In this document: positions 46,811 through 56,920 of the stretch, in pieces
Layout: the number at the start of each line of letters is the position of its first letter
Numbering within the stretch: position 1 is the first letter of the stretch
DNA from: Anaerolineales bacterium
GTDB taxonomy: Bacteria > Chloroflexota > Anaerolineae > Anaerolineales > UBA11858
Reading direction: 5' to 3'
Length of the DNA: 64,000 nt
NCBI GenBank assembly: GCA_046483045.1
Contig: JAWODY010000074.1
Coordinates: 6,391 to 70,390, forward strand
Position numbers and translations under genes: made by a program
Notes under the pieces: generated by a model
The model's database searches: none
The model's input: the letters and a program-made list of their open reading frames with translations, nothing else
Told to the model about the DNA's origin: nothing

Positions 46811-47783
46811 TTGTGTACATGGCTTCCACATTGATTGCGTCTTCGAGCAAACCCATATTTCTCAAGATCTCTACCATATTTTCCCAGGATTGATCTTCGC
46901 TCTTCCCATAAGGGTCTACCTGATAAAGATCTATGGATGTCCGCAGCACTTCCATTTGCACTTCCCGGTCAGCTTCCTCCAGCCCTTCCACATATCCATG
47001 AGTTATCTCGTACGCTTTTTCTGGGTTCTCTACTGTGAACTGGATGCCTTTCAAAGTCGCCTGCACCATATCGCGCACCAGATCTGGGTTTTCATTCAGG
47101 GTTTGCTGATTGGTAATCAATCCGTTCGAAACCAGCTGCACGTAATCAGCGACCGCGATGACATCAATATCGTAACCCTGGCTTCTGAGTTGGACTGGCT
47201 CATTCGCGAGATACCCGACGACAGCTTCAACTTGATCGCTGACCAAGGCTTCGACCTGATTGTAACCAATGGAATCCAGCCTAAGATCATTTTCCTTTAA
47301 CCCCACATAACCCAAGAGTGCGCGCAGACCAACGTAATTCGCGCCATATAATCCAGGCAAACCCACTGTGCGCCCTTCAAGGTCCTCCGGTTCCGTGATC
47401 CTCTGATCCTCACTGGCAATCACTGCGACCGGGTAATCCTTATACCAGGCCATCACGTAAACCACAGGGAGGTCTTTAGCCCTGGCCAGGGGAACCTGCT
47501 CACCTGAAACCACGGAAAAAGGGATCTCACCAGCTCCAACCAGGGCCAGGCCATCCGTTTCGCGTTTATAATCAAAGGTCACCTCAAGACCCACTTCCCG
47601 GTAATAACCTTTTTCCACAGCGACATAAAAAGGGGCAAACTGAATGTTGGGCACAAAACCCATAGGAAGCCTAATCTCCACCAATTCCGGTGAGGTTGGC
47701 TTGAATGCTTCTCGCTCAGCACATGCAGAAAGGACCAGAGTCATCATAAATATGACGATAACGACGTTCTTTTTCATATTCAT
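46791..47783 (-). CDS. ribY: NMT1/THI5-like substrate-binding lipoprotein (RibY-like)
   Basis: Lipobox 'LVLSAC' and 'LPMGFVPNIQFAPFYVAVEKGYYREVGLEV', typical of NMT1/THI5-type SBPs. It is under FMN riboswitch control. Confidence 0.75.
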   Translation of the reverse strand: MNMKKNVVIVIFMMTLVLSACAEREAFKPTSPELVEIRLPMGFVPNIQFAPFYVAVEKGYYREVGLEVTFDYKRETDGLALVGAGEIPFSVVSGEQVPLARAKDLPVVYVMAWYKDYPVAVIASEDQRITEPEDLEGRTVGLPGLYGANYVGLRALLGYVGLKENDLRLDSIGYNQVEALVSDQVEAVVGYLANEPVQLRSQGYDIDVIAVADYVQLVSNGLITNQQTLNENPDLVRDMVQATLKGIQFTVENPEKAYEITHGYVEGLEEADREVQMEVLRTSIDLYQVDPYGKSEDQSWENMVEILRNMGLLEDAINVEAMYTNEFIKE

Positions 47784-47799
47784 TCACTCCTTGGGTATC

Positions 47800-48612
47800 T
47801 TAAAAATGGCTTTCTGTCTTTTGCCATGAAAGAACATTTTTTTCTATTAATATAACTGCCCCATACAAAGCCAGGGCCATAAGTATTAACGCAAATACAG
47901 CCACAAAAACCAGGGATGTATCATACATTCCCCGGCCCACATTGACCAAGAATCCCAATCCCTGATCTGCCCCCACAAATTCCCCTACGACTGCTCCAAT
48001 AACCGAGAGGGTCGCTCCTACCCGCAGCCCACCCAAGAAAACAGGCAAAGCCGCTGGGATTTCCAGCAACCTCATTCGCTGCCAGGAATTAGCCTGCAGG
48101 GAATGCATCAAATCATAGAGTTCATCAGGGACAGAGCGGATCCCAACGATCGTGTTCACCAGGACCGGAAAAAATACGATCAAGGCGCTAATCAAAACTT
48201 TGGAAAACATGCCCGGACCCAGCCAGATCACCAACAGAGGGGCAATAGCTACGACAGGGATCGACTGACTGGCGACAATATAAGGTGCCAATATTCGTTC
48301 CACTACCCTCATTTTCGCCAGGGTATACCCGATAACAATCGCTGAACTTACGCCGATCAATAAGCCCATCAGAACTTCAGACAGAGTCACCCAGGCATGA
48401 AAGATCAAGCTGCCATCGGAAACAGAGATCAAAAAACGATCCCAAACCTGGCCTGGCGTGGGCAAAATAAAAGCGGGTACCTGGCTGTACTTCGTGAATG
48501 AAAACCACAAAGCTAAGGCAATCAAGCCAGAGGTAATAGTGAGAATAATCCTTCCCGCAGGCCTTACAAAGAAGGAGCGTTTGGATGACTGATAAAGGTT
48601 CTTTTGTTCCAT
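47800..48612 (-). CDS. ribX: ABC transporter permease (NitT/TauT family, RibX-like)
   Basis: 270 aa, six TM helices, with a BPD-type EAA-loop region 'SLQANSWQRMRLLEIPAALP'. It is the first gene after the FMN riboswitch. Confidence 0.8.
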   Translation of the reverse strand: MEQKNLYQSSKRSFFVRPAGRIILTITSGLIALALWFSFTKYSQVPAFILPTPGQVWDRFLISVSDGSLIFHAWVTLSEVLMGLLIGVSSAIVIGYTLAKMRVVERILAPYIVASQSIPVVAIAPLLVIWLGPGMFSKVLISALIVFFPVLVNTIVGIRSVPDELYDLMHSLQANSWQRMRLLEIPAALPVFLGGLRVGATLSVIGAVVGEFVGADQGLGFLVNVGRGMYDTSLVFVAVFALILMALALYGAVILIEKNVLSWQKTESHF

Positions 48613-48694
48613 AACAACCCTGTAAACGAATGAAGCCCTGCCGCATTAGATCGGGGCAGGGCGTTTGATTCTACTCACACAGGCAGGACCATCT

Positions 48695-48891
48695 AAATAA
48701 AAACCGAAAGCTGTACGCTTTCGGGGCAGATTCTCCCGCCATGACAAACACCAGGCAGAGGAAAACATGGTACCTTCTCCTGTCCGGACTATACCGTCGG
48801 CCCCGGAGTTTCACCGAATCCTGCGCCATTTCAGGCGCTCGCGGGCTTTACCGCCGATAGGGAATTGCTTTCGCTCACCCAACCCCGAAGG
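48695..48891 (-). promoter_or_regulatory. FMN riboswitch (RFN element) with terminator-type expression platform
   Basis: Minus-strand RNA: CCUUCGGGGUUGGGUGAGCGAAAGCAAUUCCCUAUCGGCGGUAAAGCCCGCGAGCGCCUGAAAUGGCGCAGGAUUCGGUGAAACUCCGGGGCCGACGGUAUAGUCCGGACAGGAGAAGG (48773-48891). This matches the RFN consensus blocks (CGGGG..GGGUG, CGGCGGUAAAGCCCGCGAGC, GAUUCGGUGAAA.UCCGG.GCCGACGGUAUAGUCCGGA..GAGAAGG). It is followed by hairpin CCGAAAGC-GUACA-GCUUUCGG plus UUUUUAUUU (48695-48726). Confidence 0.9.
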
Positions 48892-48916
48892 TTGAAAGTA
48901 TTCAATTTCCAAAAAA

Positions 48917-48945
48917 ATTATACTATGAACAAGAATCATCGTCAA
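48917..48945 (-). promoter_or_regulatory. Candidate promoter for the riboswitch-ribXY transcript (TTGACG-N17-TATAAT)
   Basis: The minus strand has -35 TTGACG (48940-48945), a 17-nt spacer and -10 TATAAT (48917-48922), about 25 nt upstream of the riboswitch P1 helix. Confidence 0.6.
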
Positions 48946-49014
48946 TAAACGGCATCTCCAGTGTTAGGGCAATAGGACATTTTAACTTTGCCTTGGCATA
49001 AACGGCATCTCCAG
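48945..49014. repeat. Two exact 17-nt direct repeats ATAAACGGCATCTCCAG, 53 nt apart start-to-start
   Basis: Copies lie at 48945-48961 and 48998-49014 in the divergent ribX / rpsB control region. The first copy abuts the -35 of the ribX promoter. Confidence 0.8.
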
Positions 49015-49118
49015 AATATTACAATGGACCGAGTGGCCGTCATCCTTATCATTCGTCCCATCTAAGTATTCAAAGTAAAAGCCCAACCAAGACATCACCC
49101 CTCAAAAGGGAGGCCACC

Positions 49119-49147
49119 TAGACGAATCATATCTCTCATGATATACT
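49119..49147 (+). promoter_or_regulatory. Candidate rpsB promoter (TAGACG-N17-TATACT with extended TG)
   Basis: -35 at 49119-49124 and 'tga tatact' with -10 at 49142-49147. This would give a leader of about 135 nt containing hairpin cccgcc-ttat-cggcggg (49158-49175). Confidence 0.35.
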
Positions 49148-49290
49148 TCTCACGTTCCCGCCTTATCGGCGGGACAAATGTTGAATCAACTAATTACACA
49201 CGTTTCCCGACCTGACGGTGCGTGCCAGCCTCAACCGCTGGTGCCGGGAAGGAAAGACGGAAACGGAGGCCTAACGCAAGGAGAAACCTC

Positions 49291-50322
49291 ATGTCCATTG
49301 TATCCATGAAAGAACTATTAGAAAGCGGCGTTCATTTTGGTCATCGAACATCAAAATGGAACCCGTATATGAAGCCTTACATCTTTACGGAAAGAAATGA
49401 CATTCACATCATTGACCTTCAACAAACCGTAGAGGGCCTTGAGGAATCATATGAAGTCATTCGCGACATCGTAGCAAAAGGCGGTGAAGTCCTTTTCGTA
49501 GGGACAAAACGCCAAGCCCAAGACATCATTAAAAAATACGCTGAAAAGGTCAACATGCCCTATGTGATCGGCCGCTGGCTTGGGGGCACTCTGACCAACT
49601 GGCAAACAATCCGGGAACGCATCCACGAATTGGAACGCCTAGAAGCCATGCGCGACCGGGGGGAGTTTGAACTTCGCCCCAAGAAGGAAGCCCTCGGCAT
49701 GCAGCGTCAAATCGAACGCCTGCTGGACCGATTGGGGGGCATCCGCGAGATGGATGGGCTTCCAGACATTCTTTTCGTTGTAGATGTCTTCCGGGAGGAA
49801 ATCCCTGTCCACGAAGCGAATCTTCTCAAAATTCCTGTCGTAGCTGTGGTGGACACAAACTGCAATCCAAAAAACATTGATTATGTCATCCCGGCTAATG
49901 ACGACGCCATTCGCGGCATTCAACTGATCGTGAGTAAAATCGCCCAAGCTGTACAGGAGGGCGTAAACATGCGCAAAGACCAGGAAGCTGAAATGGAAGC
50001 TGCGGAAGCAGAAGCCCAACTGCCGGAAGAACTTCGAGATGAATTGACGGATGAAGAACTCCTCGGAGAATCCACCTTGGAGAAGATGCAGGAAGAGCAG
50101 GAAAAAGAAACCCAAAAGAAAGAGGAAAAAGCCGAAGCTGAGGTTGAGACCGAATCTGAAGAAACAGAAGAGGAGATAGAAAGCCCCGAAGCAGACGCGG
50201 AACCTGAGGAAGAAGAAGCTGAAGAGTTGGATGAGCAAGAGGGTGACGAGGAAGAAGAAGCCGAAGAGTCGGATGAAGAAGAGAGTGAAGAGGAAAAAGA
50301 AACGGAAGACGATAAGGCCTAA
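49291..50322 (+). CDS. rpsB: 30S ribosomal protein S2 with a long acidic C-terminal extension
   Basis: AAGGAG lies 8 nt before ATG 49291. The sequence 'MSIVSMKELLESGVHFGHRTSKWNP.M..YIF..RN.IHIIDL' is canonical S2 up to about residue 230, followed by about 110 aa of E/D-rich sequence. Confidence 0.92.
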   Translation: MSIVSMKELLESGVHFGHRTSKWNPYMKPYIFTERNDIHIIDLQQTVEGLEESYEVIRDIVAKGGEVLFVGTKRQAQDIIKKYAEKVNMPYVIGRWLGGTLTNWQTIRERIHELERLEAMRDRGEFELRPKKEALGMQRQIERLLDRLGGIREMDGLPDILFVVDVFREEIPVHEANLLKIPVVAVVDTNCNPKNIDYVIPANDDAIRGIQLIVSKIAQAVQEGVNMRKDQEAEMEAAEAEAQLPEELRDELTDEELLGESTLEKMQEEQEKETQKKEEKAEAEVETESEETEEEIESPEADAEPEEEEAEELDEQEGDEEEEAEESDEEESEEEKETEDDKA

Positions 50323-50328
50323 ACAACT

Positions 50329-51742
<1,414 letters not shown>

Positions 51743-51763
51743 CAACTGATTAGAAAAAACTTG

Positions 51764-51797
51764 CCCCATCTGATTTCTGTTCCAGATGGGGTTTTTT
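51764..51797 (+). terminator. Intrinsic terminator after pyrH
   Basis: ccccatctg-(9 nt)-cagatgggg followed by T6. Confidence 0.85.
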
Positions 51798-51846
51798 CAT
51801 TTCCGGTTATCCTGCAGCGATTCAGGTCGAGTTTTAACATTTATGC

Positions 51847-51874
51847 TTGAATAGGTAGTAAAAAGGCCTATAAT
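51847..51874 (+). promoter_or_regulatory. Candidate frr promoter (TTGAAT-N16-TATAAT)
   Basis: -35 at 51847-51852 and -10 at 51869-51874, downstream of the pyrH terminator and about 135 nt before the frr ATG. Confidence 0.4.
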
Positions 51875-52010
51875 AAGACTATTCCAGAAGAGATGGATCC
51901 TGACCGTTTTCACCACATGCAGGTACGGGTTTGTACTGATCAACAACAGCAGTGTTTGTCCATGATCCAGTTGATTGTATAAGTAATCCATAATCACACC
52001 GGAGGTCCCA

Positions 52011-52568
52011 ATGCTAGATGATGTCTATAAGGAAACCGAAACCCGCATGAAAAAAGCAGTTGAAACATTCAAGCATGAACTCAACTCCATACGGACAGGG
52101 CGAGCGAACCCTTCCCTCATCGAAACCCTACCTGTGGAGTATTACGGTACGAAGACCCCCCTCCAAGAATTGGCCAGCATCAGTGTTCCAGAAGCCCGGA
52201 CGCTGTTGATCAGACCTTTTGATCCCACATCTTTAGAGAATATTGAACGGGCAATTTTGACATCAGATCTGGGCTTGATGCCCAATAACGATGGCGAAAA
52301 CATCCGCCTGAACCTTCCCACACCCACGGAAGAACGCCGGAAAGAATTGGTCAAGGTGGTCGGGGACAAGGCAGAAGAAGCCAGGATTGCTATACGCAAT
52401 ATCCGGCGGGAAAGCATCCGGAATTTGCGCGAATTCGAGGATGAAACCTTGATTACCGAAGATGATCTTCACCGCGGGCAAGAGAAAGTGCAGGAGATCA
52501 CGGATCACTTCAACGAAAAAGTTGACGCCCTGTGTGAACGGAAAGAAAAGGAGATCATGGCTGTTTAA
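52011..52568 (+). CDS. frr: Ribosome recycling factor
   Basis: 185 aa with 'RTGRANPSLIE...V.YYG..TPL.ELA.ISVPEAR.LLI.PFD' and 'IRNIRR'. Confidence 0.93.
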   Translation: MLDDVYKETETRMKKAVETFKHELNSIRTGRANPSLIETLPVEYYGTKTPLQELASISVPEARTLLIRPFDPTSLENIERAILTSDLGLMPNNDGENIRLNLPTPTEERRKELVKVVGDKAEEARIAIRNIRRESIRNLREFEDETLITEDDLHRGQEKVQEITDHFNEKVDALCERKEKEIMAV

Positions 52569-52663
52569 GGATCATGACCCTTTGCCCATTTCAAGTTTTC
52601 ATCCCGTCGATCAGGAGGAGTTGAGAAGAAAACCTCCTGCAAGGCTCACTTACAACCATAAAA

Positions 52664-53386
52664 ATGAATAACGAAACCTTAGAAATTCCCGAAAATACCC
52701 CCCAACATGTGGCCATCATCATGGATGGTAATGGGCGTTGGGCATCAGCCCGCGGCCTGCCCCGTTTAGCGGGCCATCGAGCAGGTACAGAAAACCTGAG
52801 GACAATTATTGAGACCGCTGTGGAATTCAACATCCAATATCTGACCATTTATGCCTTTTCCACAGAAAATTGGAAAAGGCCCGAACAAGAGGTCAAAGGC
52901 TTAATGAGGATCTTCCGAAACATGCTGGATCGGGAACTTAAAAATCTCCACGAAAACGGGGTCCAGCTCCGGCATCTAGGGCAATTGGATCCCATCAATC
53001 AGGAATTACAACGCAGAGTAAAAGAAGCCATCGAGCTCACGAAAGACAACACTCGACTAATCCTCAATGTAGCCTTCAACTACGGCGGCAGAGATGAAAT
53101 CCTCCACGCGGTGAAAAAAATCATCAAAGATGGCCTTGCCCCTGAGGAAATTGACGCGGACGTTTTCAGCCAGTATTTATATACCGCGGAATCTCCAGAT
53201 CCAGACTTAATTATCCGCACCTCCGGCGAATTCCGATGCAGTAATTTCCTTCTCTGGCAGGGAGCCTACTCAGAATGGTATTACACACCCGCATACTGGC
53301 CTGATTTTGACAGGGAGGAATTGCTAAAAGCACTGGTTGATTATGACCAACGAGATCGCCGGTTCGGCACCATCTCCCCCCAATAG
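52664..53386 (+). CDS. uppS: Undecaprenyl (isoprenyl) diphosphate synthase
   Basis: Contains 'PQHVAIIMDGNGRWA', 'LTIYAFSTENWKRP', 'RTSGE.R.SNFLLWQ.AYSE' and 'WPDF'. Confidence 0.93.
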   Translation: MNNETLEIPENTPQHVAIIMDGNGRWASARGLPRLAGHRAGTENLRTIIETAVEFNIQYLTIYAFSTENWKRPEQEVKGLMRIFRNMLDRELKNLHENGVQLRHLGQLDPINQELQRRVKEAIELTKDNTRLILNVAFNYGGRDEILHAVKKIIKDGLAPEEIDADVFSQYLYTAESPDPDLIIRTSGEFRCSNFLLWQGAYSEWYYTPAYWPDFDREELLKALVDYDQRDRRFGTISPQ

Positions 53387-53399
53387 TCGAAAGGGAATT

Positions 53400-54221
53400 A
53401 TGCTGCCTCAACGATCGTTAGTAGCCCTGATCCTTGCTCTTACAGCACTCTTTATCACCTATCTGGGAGGAATCTATTTCACAATCCTCATCACAGCTGT
53501 CCTGCTCCTGGCAGCCTGGGAATGTATGAAACTGATGAAAAAAATCGGTTATGAACCTGCCACACCTGTCATCTTGATGGGGGTTTTCCTGCTGCCCATG
53601 AGCGCGGGCTTCCATTACCAACACTTAACACCCTGGTTGATAAGCGGGCTCCTGCTTGTCTGCGCTGGATATTTCACCCTCCAGTTTGAACGGTCCCGCC
53701 CGCACCCTTTGAGAGATTTTGGGGGGACGCTGATCGTCACCCTCTACATCGGTTGGTTGGGATCCTACCTGATCATCATCCGCATGCTCACCGGAGGAAT
53801 GTGGTGGATGTTTCTAATCTTCTTCATTGTATGGATGACAGACACAGGAGCCTATTTCATCGGCACCCATTTTGGTTCTCATCAGCTCAGTCCCCGTCTT
53901 AGTCCCCATAAAACCTGGGAAGGGTATTTTGGGGGGATCCTTGTCGGCTCCCTTGCAGGAATCGGTTTCTCTTTCCTGCCCCAAAAGGTTGGAGCAGAAA
54001 TCTCGTTTTCCCCCTGGGCAAGCCTTCTTTTGGGTTTGACTCTGACCTGCGTGATTCCCTTGGGCGACCTCACTGGAAGCATGTTCAAAAGGATAGCCGG
54101 CGTAAAGGATTCCGGCAGCCTTTTCCCCGGGCACGGCGGCATGTTTGATCGCATCGACACCCTGTTATGGGCCATGCCCTTAAGTCACCTCTTCATCCAA
54201 TACATATATCCAACTCTATAA
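53400..54221 (+). CDS. cdsA: Phosphatidate cytidylyltransferase
   Basis: From ATG 53400. It is polytopic, with the signature 'SMFKRIAGVKDSGSLFPGHGGMFDRID'. The longer ORF-track start overlaps uppS. Confidence 0.9.
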   Translation: MLPQRSLVALILALTALFITYLGGIYFTILITAVLLLAAWECMKLMKKIGYEPATPVILMGVFLLPMSAGFHYQHLTPWLISGLLLVCAGYFTLQFERSRPHPLRDFGGTLIVTLYIGWLGSYLIIIRMLTGGMWWMFLIFFIVWMTDTGAYFIGTHFGSHQLSPRLSPHKTWEGYFGGILVGSLAGIGFSFLPQKVGAEISFSPWASLLLGLTLTCVIPLGDLTGSMFKRIAGVKDSGSLFPGHGGMFDRIDTLLWAMPLSHLFIQYIYPTL

Positions 54222-54225
54222 AACT

Positions 54226-55209
54226 ATGAACACAAAACCTACCCGAAACCTTGCTTTAGAACTTGTCCGTGTAACCGAAGCAGCTTCCCTTTCCGCAGGT
54301 CGATTCATGGGGAGGGGAAATAAAGAGGCTGCGGATAAAGCTGCAGTGGATGCCATGCGACTGGTTTTGAACTCCATAGACATGGATGCCGCCATCATCA
54401 TCGGTGAAGGTGAAAAAGACGAAGCTCCCATGCTCTTCAACGGAGAGAAGGTCGGCACAGGAGAATCCCCCGCTGTGGATATCGCAGTTGATCCCATCGA
54501 TGGTACTCGACCCCTGGCGAATGGTTTTTTGAACTCCATCGCCACGGTCGCCACCTCCCCAAGAGAAACCATGTTCGACCCCGGTCCCTTCGTGTATATG
54601 GATAAAATTGCCGTGGGTCCTCCGGCCAAAGGGCTGATTGACATCGAAGCGCCGGTCGCTGAAAACCTGAAAGTAATTGCCAAATCCGAAGACAAAAACA
54701 TCAAGGATGTGACCGTCGTCATCCTCAGCCGACCCCGTCACGAAGAGCTCATCAAGGAAGTTCGATCCGTTGGCGCTCGGATCCGTCTCATCCCGGATGG
54801 GGACGTAGCGGGTGCGTTGATGACCTGCCTCCCCGAATCAGGGATCGATGCCTTGTTGGGTATTGGGGGCACCCCCGAAGGTGTATTAGCTGCCTGTGCA
54901 ATCCGTGCAATGGGAGGGGAACTACAGGGGAAACTTTATGCCCGATCTGAGGAAGAAAAGAAAAGGGGGGAGCAATTAGGATATAACTTTGAAAAAGTCA
55001 TCACCATGGATGACCTGGTCTCTTCTGATGATGTCTTCTTCGCTGCCACTGGAATTACAGACGGTGAATTATTGGAGGGAGTCCGGTACATACCGCATGG
55101 GGCAGAGACGCATAGTCTGGTGATCAGAGGTATGACAGGCAGCGTGCGTTGGATCAGAGCGAAACACAATTTTGAGAAACTCAATCCCATCAGCGAAATC
55201 GAATATTAA
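54226..55209 (+). CDS. glpX: Fructose-1,6-bisphosphatase class II
   Basis: Contains 'LALELVRVTEAASLSAGRFMGRG.K..AD.AAVDAMR', 'DIAVDPIDGT' and 'GIGGTPEGVLAA'. Confidence 0.92.
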   Translation: MNTKPTRNLALELVRVTEAASLSAGRFMGRGNKEAADKAAVDAMRLVLNSIDMDAAIIIGEGEKDEAPMLFNGEKVGTGESPAVDIAVDPIDGTRPLANGFLNSIATVATSPRETMFDPGPFVYMDKIAVGPPAKGLIDIEAPVAENLKVIAKSEDKNIKDVTVVILSRPRHEELIKEVRSVGARIRLIPDGDVAGALMTCLPESGIDALLGIGGTPEGVLAACAIRAMGGELQGKLYARSEEEKKRGEQLGYNFEKVITMDDLVSSDDVFFAATGITDGELLEGVRYIPHGAETHSLVIRGMTGSVRWIRAKHNFEKLNPISEIEY

Positions 55210-55236
55210 CCCTTGCAGGCCTAAAAATCCCTATAT

Positions 55237-56892
55237 CTAAAGCTCTTTCACCAGATAATGTTTTCCTCGCTTAAACCCGCGTTCTAAGTAATACTTCCGG
55301 GTGCCAATTGCAGATATCACAGCGATTTTCGGATACCCGCGTTCTCGGGCGATTTGTTCAGACCATTCCAATAATGATGTGCCCAGCCCTGCATGCTGTG
55401 CCGCGCCTTCCCTTTCCCGTCCCACCTGCAAAGAAGGACCATAGACGTGAACTTCACGGATGACGGCGGCACCTTTGAGGTCATCCATCCCCGGATCTAA
55501 AATATCCTCCCCGGGCAATGACAGTCGCAGGAAACCTGCAAGCTCATCATCCGGTGTATTGAAAGAAAGGAAATGCTCTTCACTGCCGTGGATGGTGTAG
55601 GTTAAATCATCCAAGGTGAGGTCCTCCACTTCAACGTCTTTCCCCCTCACTTCCCGGCACCGGATACACAGGCACCTTTCGCCGCGTCTCTTCAGCTCCC
55701 TTTGGATGTCCTGACGCAAACTTGGCGTCTTATTTCCAGCCACAACGTTCGTAGAAGGGATATCACGCACGATACGATTCACCCGACAATAACGGGGAAT
55801 GCTTGGCTTTACATCTGCGATGAGTTCAATAAGTTCCTGCGTTGTGTAAGGATCATACTCCCCGCGTTTCCAGTACTCATAAAGCTCCGTACCCTCTAAA
55901 AGCTGCGTAGGATAAATCTTCAATTCATCAGGAGCCAAATACTTCCACAAGCGGGCAAAATCTTCTTTATCGGACTCCAGGGTCGCTCCCAGTAAATTAG
56001 GCATCCAATGGAGAACAATTTTGAACCCGGCAGCCCGCAGCCATGCCACCCCTCGGATGGTTTCCTCTCGGGTGTGACCGCGTTTGTTGAGCGCTCCAAT
56101 CCGATCATCGAGATTTTGCACACCCAATTGGACTTTGGTCACCCCCAAGCCGCGCATCTTTTTCATCTCCCGGGGAGAAATATAATCCGGACGCGTTTCA
56201 ATCACCATGCCCACGTTCTTATGGTCCGCTGTCTCATTCAGGGACTGCGCCTGCGCTAGGGTCTCCGCAACCTCATCGTTCATGGCATCCAGGCAGCGTT
56301 TGACAAACCATTCCTGGTAATCCGTCCGGTAAGCACTCCATGATCCGCCCAAGATTAAAAGTTCTATTTTGTCCGTGGGGTGGCCAATTTCATATAGCGC
56401 CTGAATGCGGGCTTTAACTTGGTCATAAGGATTAAATTGGTGGCGGAGAGCCCGCATAGCTCCAGGCTCATCCGGTAAGTAACTGACTGGCAGCTCATCA
56501 TAATCCGGGCAAAAAATACAATCCGCTGGACACGGGTAGGGTTTGGTGAGTACGGTGACCGTGGTCACGCCAGAAAGGCTCCTCATGGGCTTGAGCCTAA
56601 TCTTCGCCAACAATTCTCTGTCCGGCAAACGTTCCCCACTTTCCACCTGCTGTCGATAGGCTGTGACCAAAGCATGCTTACTGAGAAATCCAGCCCCATC
56701 AGGTAAAGGATGGGTCCGTATTGCGTCAAAGACTTCCTCACCCCGGACAATATCTTCCAGCGTTTCCCTTGCTAAGGCCAACTCCTCTGAGCTGTGTTCA
56801 CGGTGTTCTTCCATCCAACCATCTTTTTGTTTACTCATCTCAATTCCCATCACTACCTGAATAAAATGTCTTTCACTAACCGCGCTGCTCAA
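55237..56892 (-). CDS. elp3: Elp3-family radical SAM / GNAT acetyltransferase (bacterial Elongator subunit 3 homolog)
   Basis: Contains 'KPMRSLSGVTTVTVLTKPYPCPADCIFCP' (CxxxCxxC), 'EPGAMRALRHQFNPYDQV', 'KIELLILGGSW' and the C-terminal GNAT 'IREVHVYG...QHAGLGTSLL..E.IARE.GY.KIAVISAIGTRKYY'. The start is uncertain: TTG 56892, ATG 56850 or ATG 56838. Confidence 0.88.
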   Translation of the reverse strand: MSSAVSERHFIQVVMGIEMSKQKDGWMEEHREHSSEELALARETLEDIVRGEEVFDAIRTHPLPDGAGFLSKHALVTAYRQQVESGERLPDRELLAKIRLKPMRSLSGVTTVTVLTKPYPCPADCIFCPDYDELPVSYLPDEPGAMRALRHQFNPYDQVKARIQALYEIGHPTDKIELLILGGSWSAYRTDYQEWFVKRCLDAMNDEVAETLAQAQSLNETADHKNVGMVIETRPDYISPREMKKMRGLGVTKVQLGVQNLDDRIGALNKRGHTREETIRGVAWLRAAGFKIVLHWMPNLLGATLESDKEDFARLWKYLAPDELKIYPTQLLEGTELYEYWKRGEYDPYTTQELIELIADVKPSIPRYCRVNRIVRDIPSTNVVAGNKTPSLRQDIQRELKRRGERCLCIRCREVRGKDVEVEDLTLDDLTYTIHGSEEHFLSFNTPDDELAGFLRLSLPGEDILDPGMDDLKGAAVIREVHVYGPSLQVGREREGAAQHAGLGTSLLEWSEQIARERGYPKIAVISAIGTRKYYLERGFKRGKHYLVKEL

Positions 56893-56920
56893 GAAATGTA
56901 ATTTAACCTATAATGAATAT

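Noticed and set aside
46575-47300. A 241-aa plus-strand ORF across the ABC ATPase/SBP junction.
   Set aside because: It is antisense to two genes with clear ABC and SBP motifs. I saw no RBS and no motif.
48695-48891. Expectation of a TPP (THI-box) riboswitch, because the downstream SBP is NMT1/THI5-like.
   Set aside because: Neither strand has a CUGAGA / ACCUGAUCUGGAUAAUGCCAGCG-type block. Instead, the minus strand matches the FMN (RFN) consensus block by block.
49639-50326. Two long minus-strand ORFs (199 and 143 aa) under the rpsB 3' half.
   Set aside because: They are generated by the GAA/GAG-rich acidic tail (its reverse complement gives Phe/Leu/Ser runs). They are shadow ORFs.
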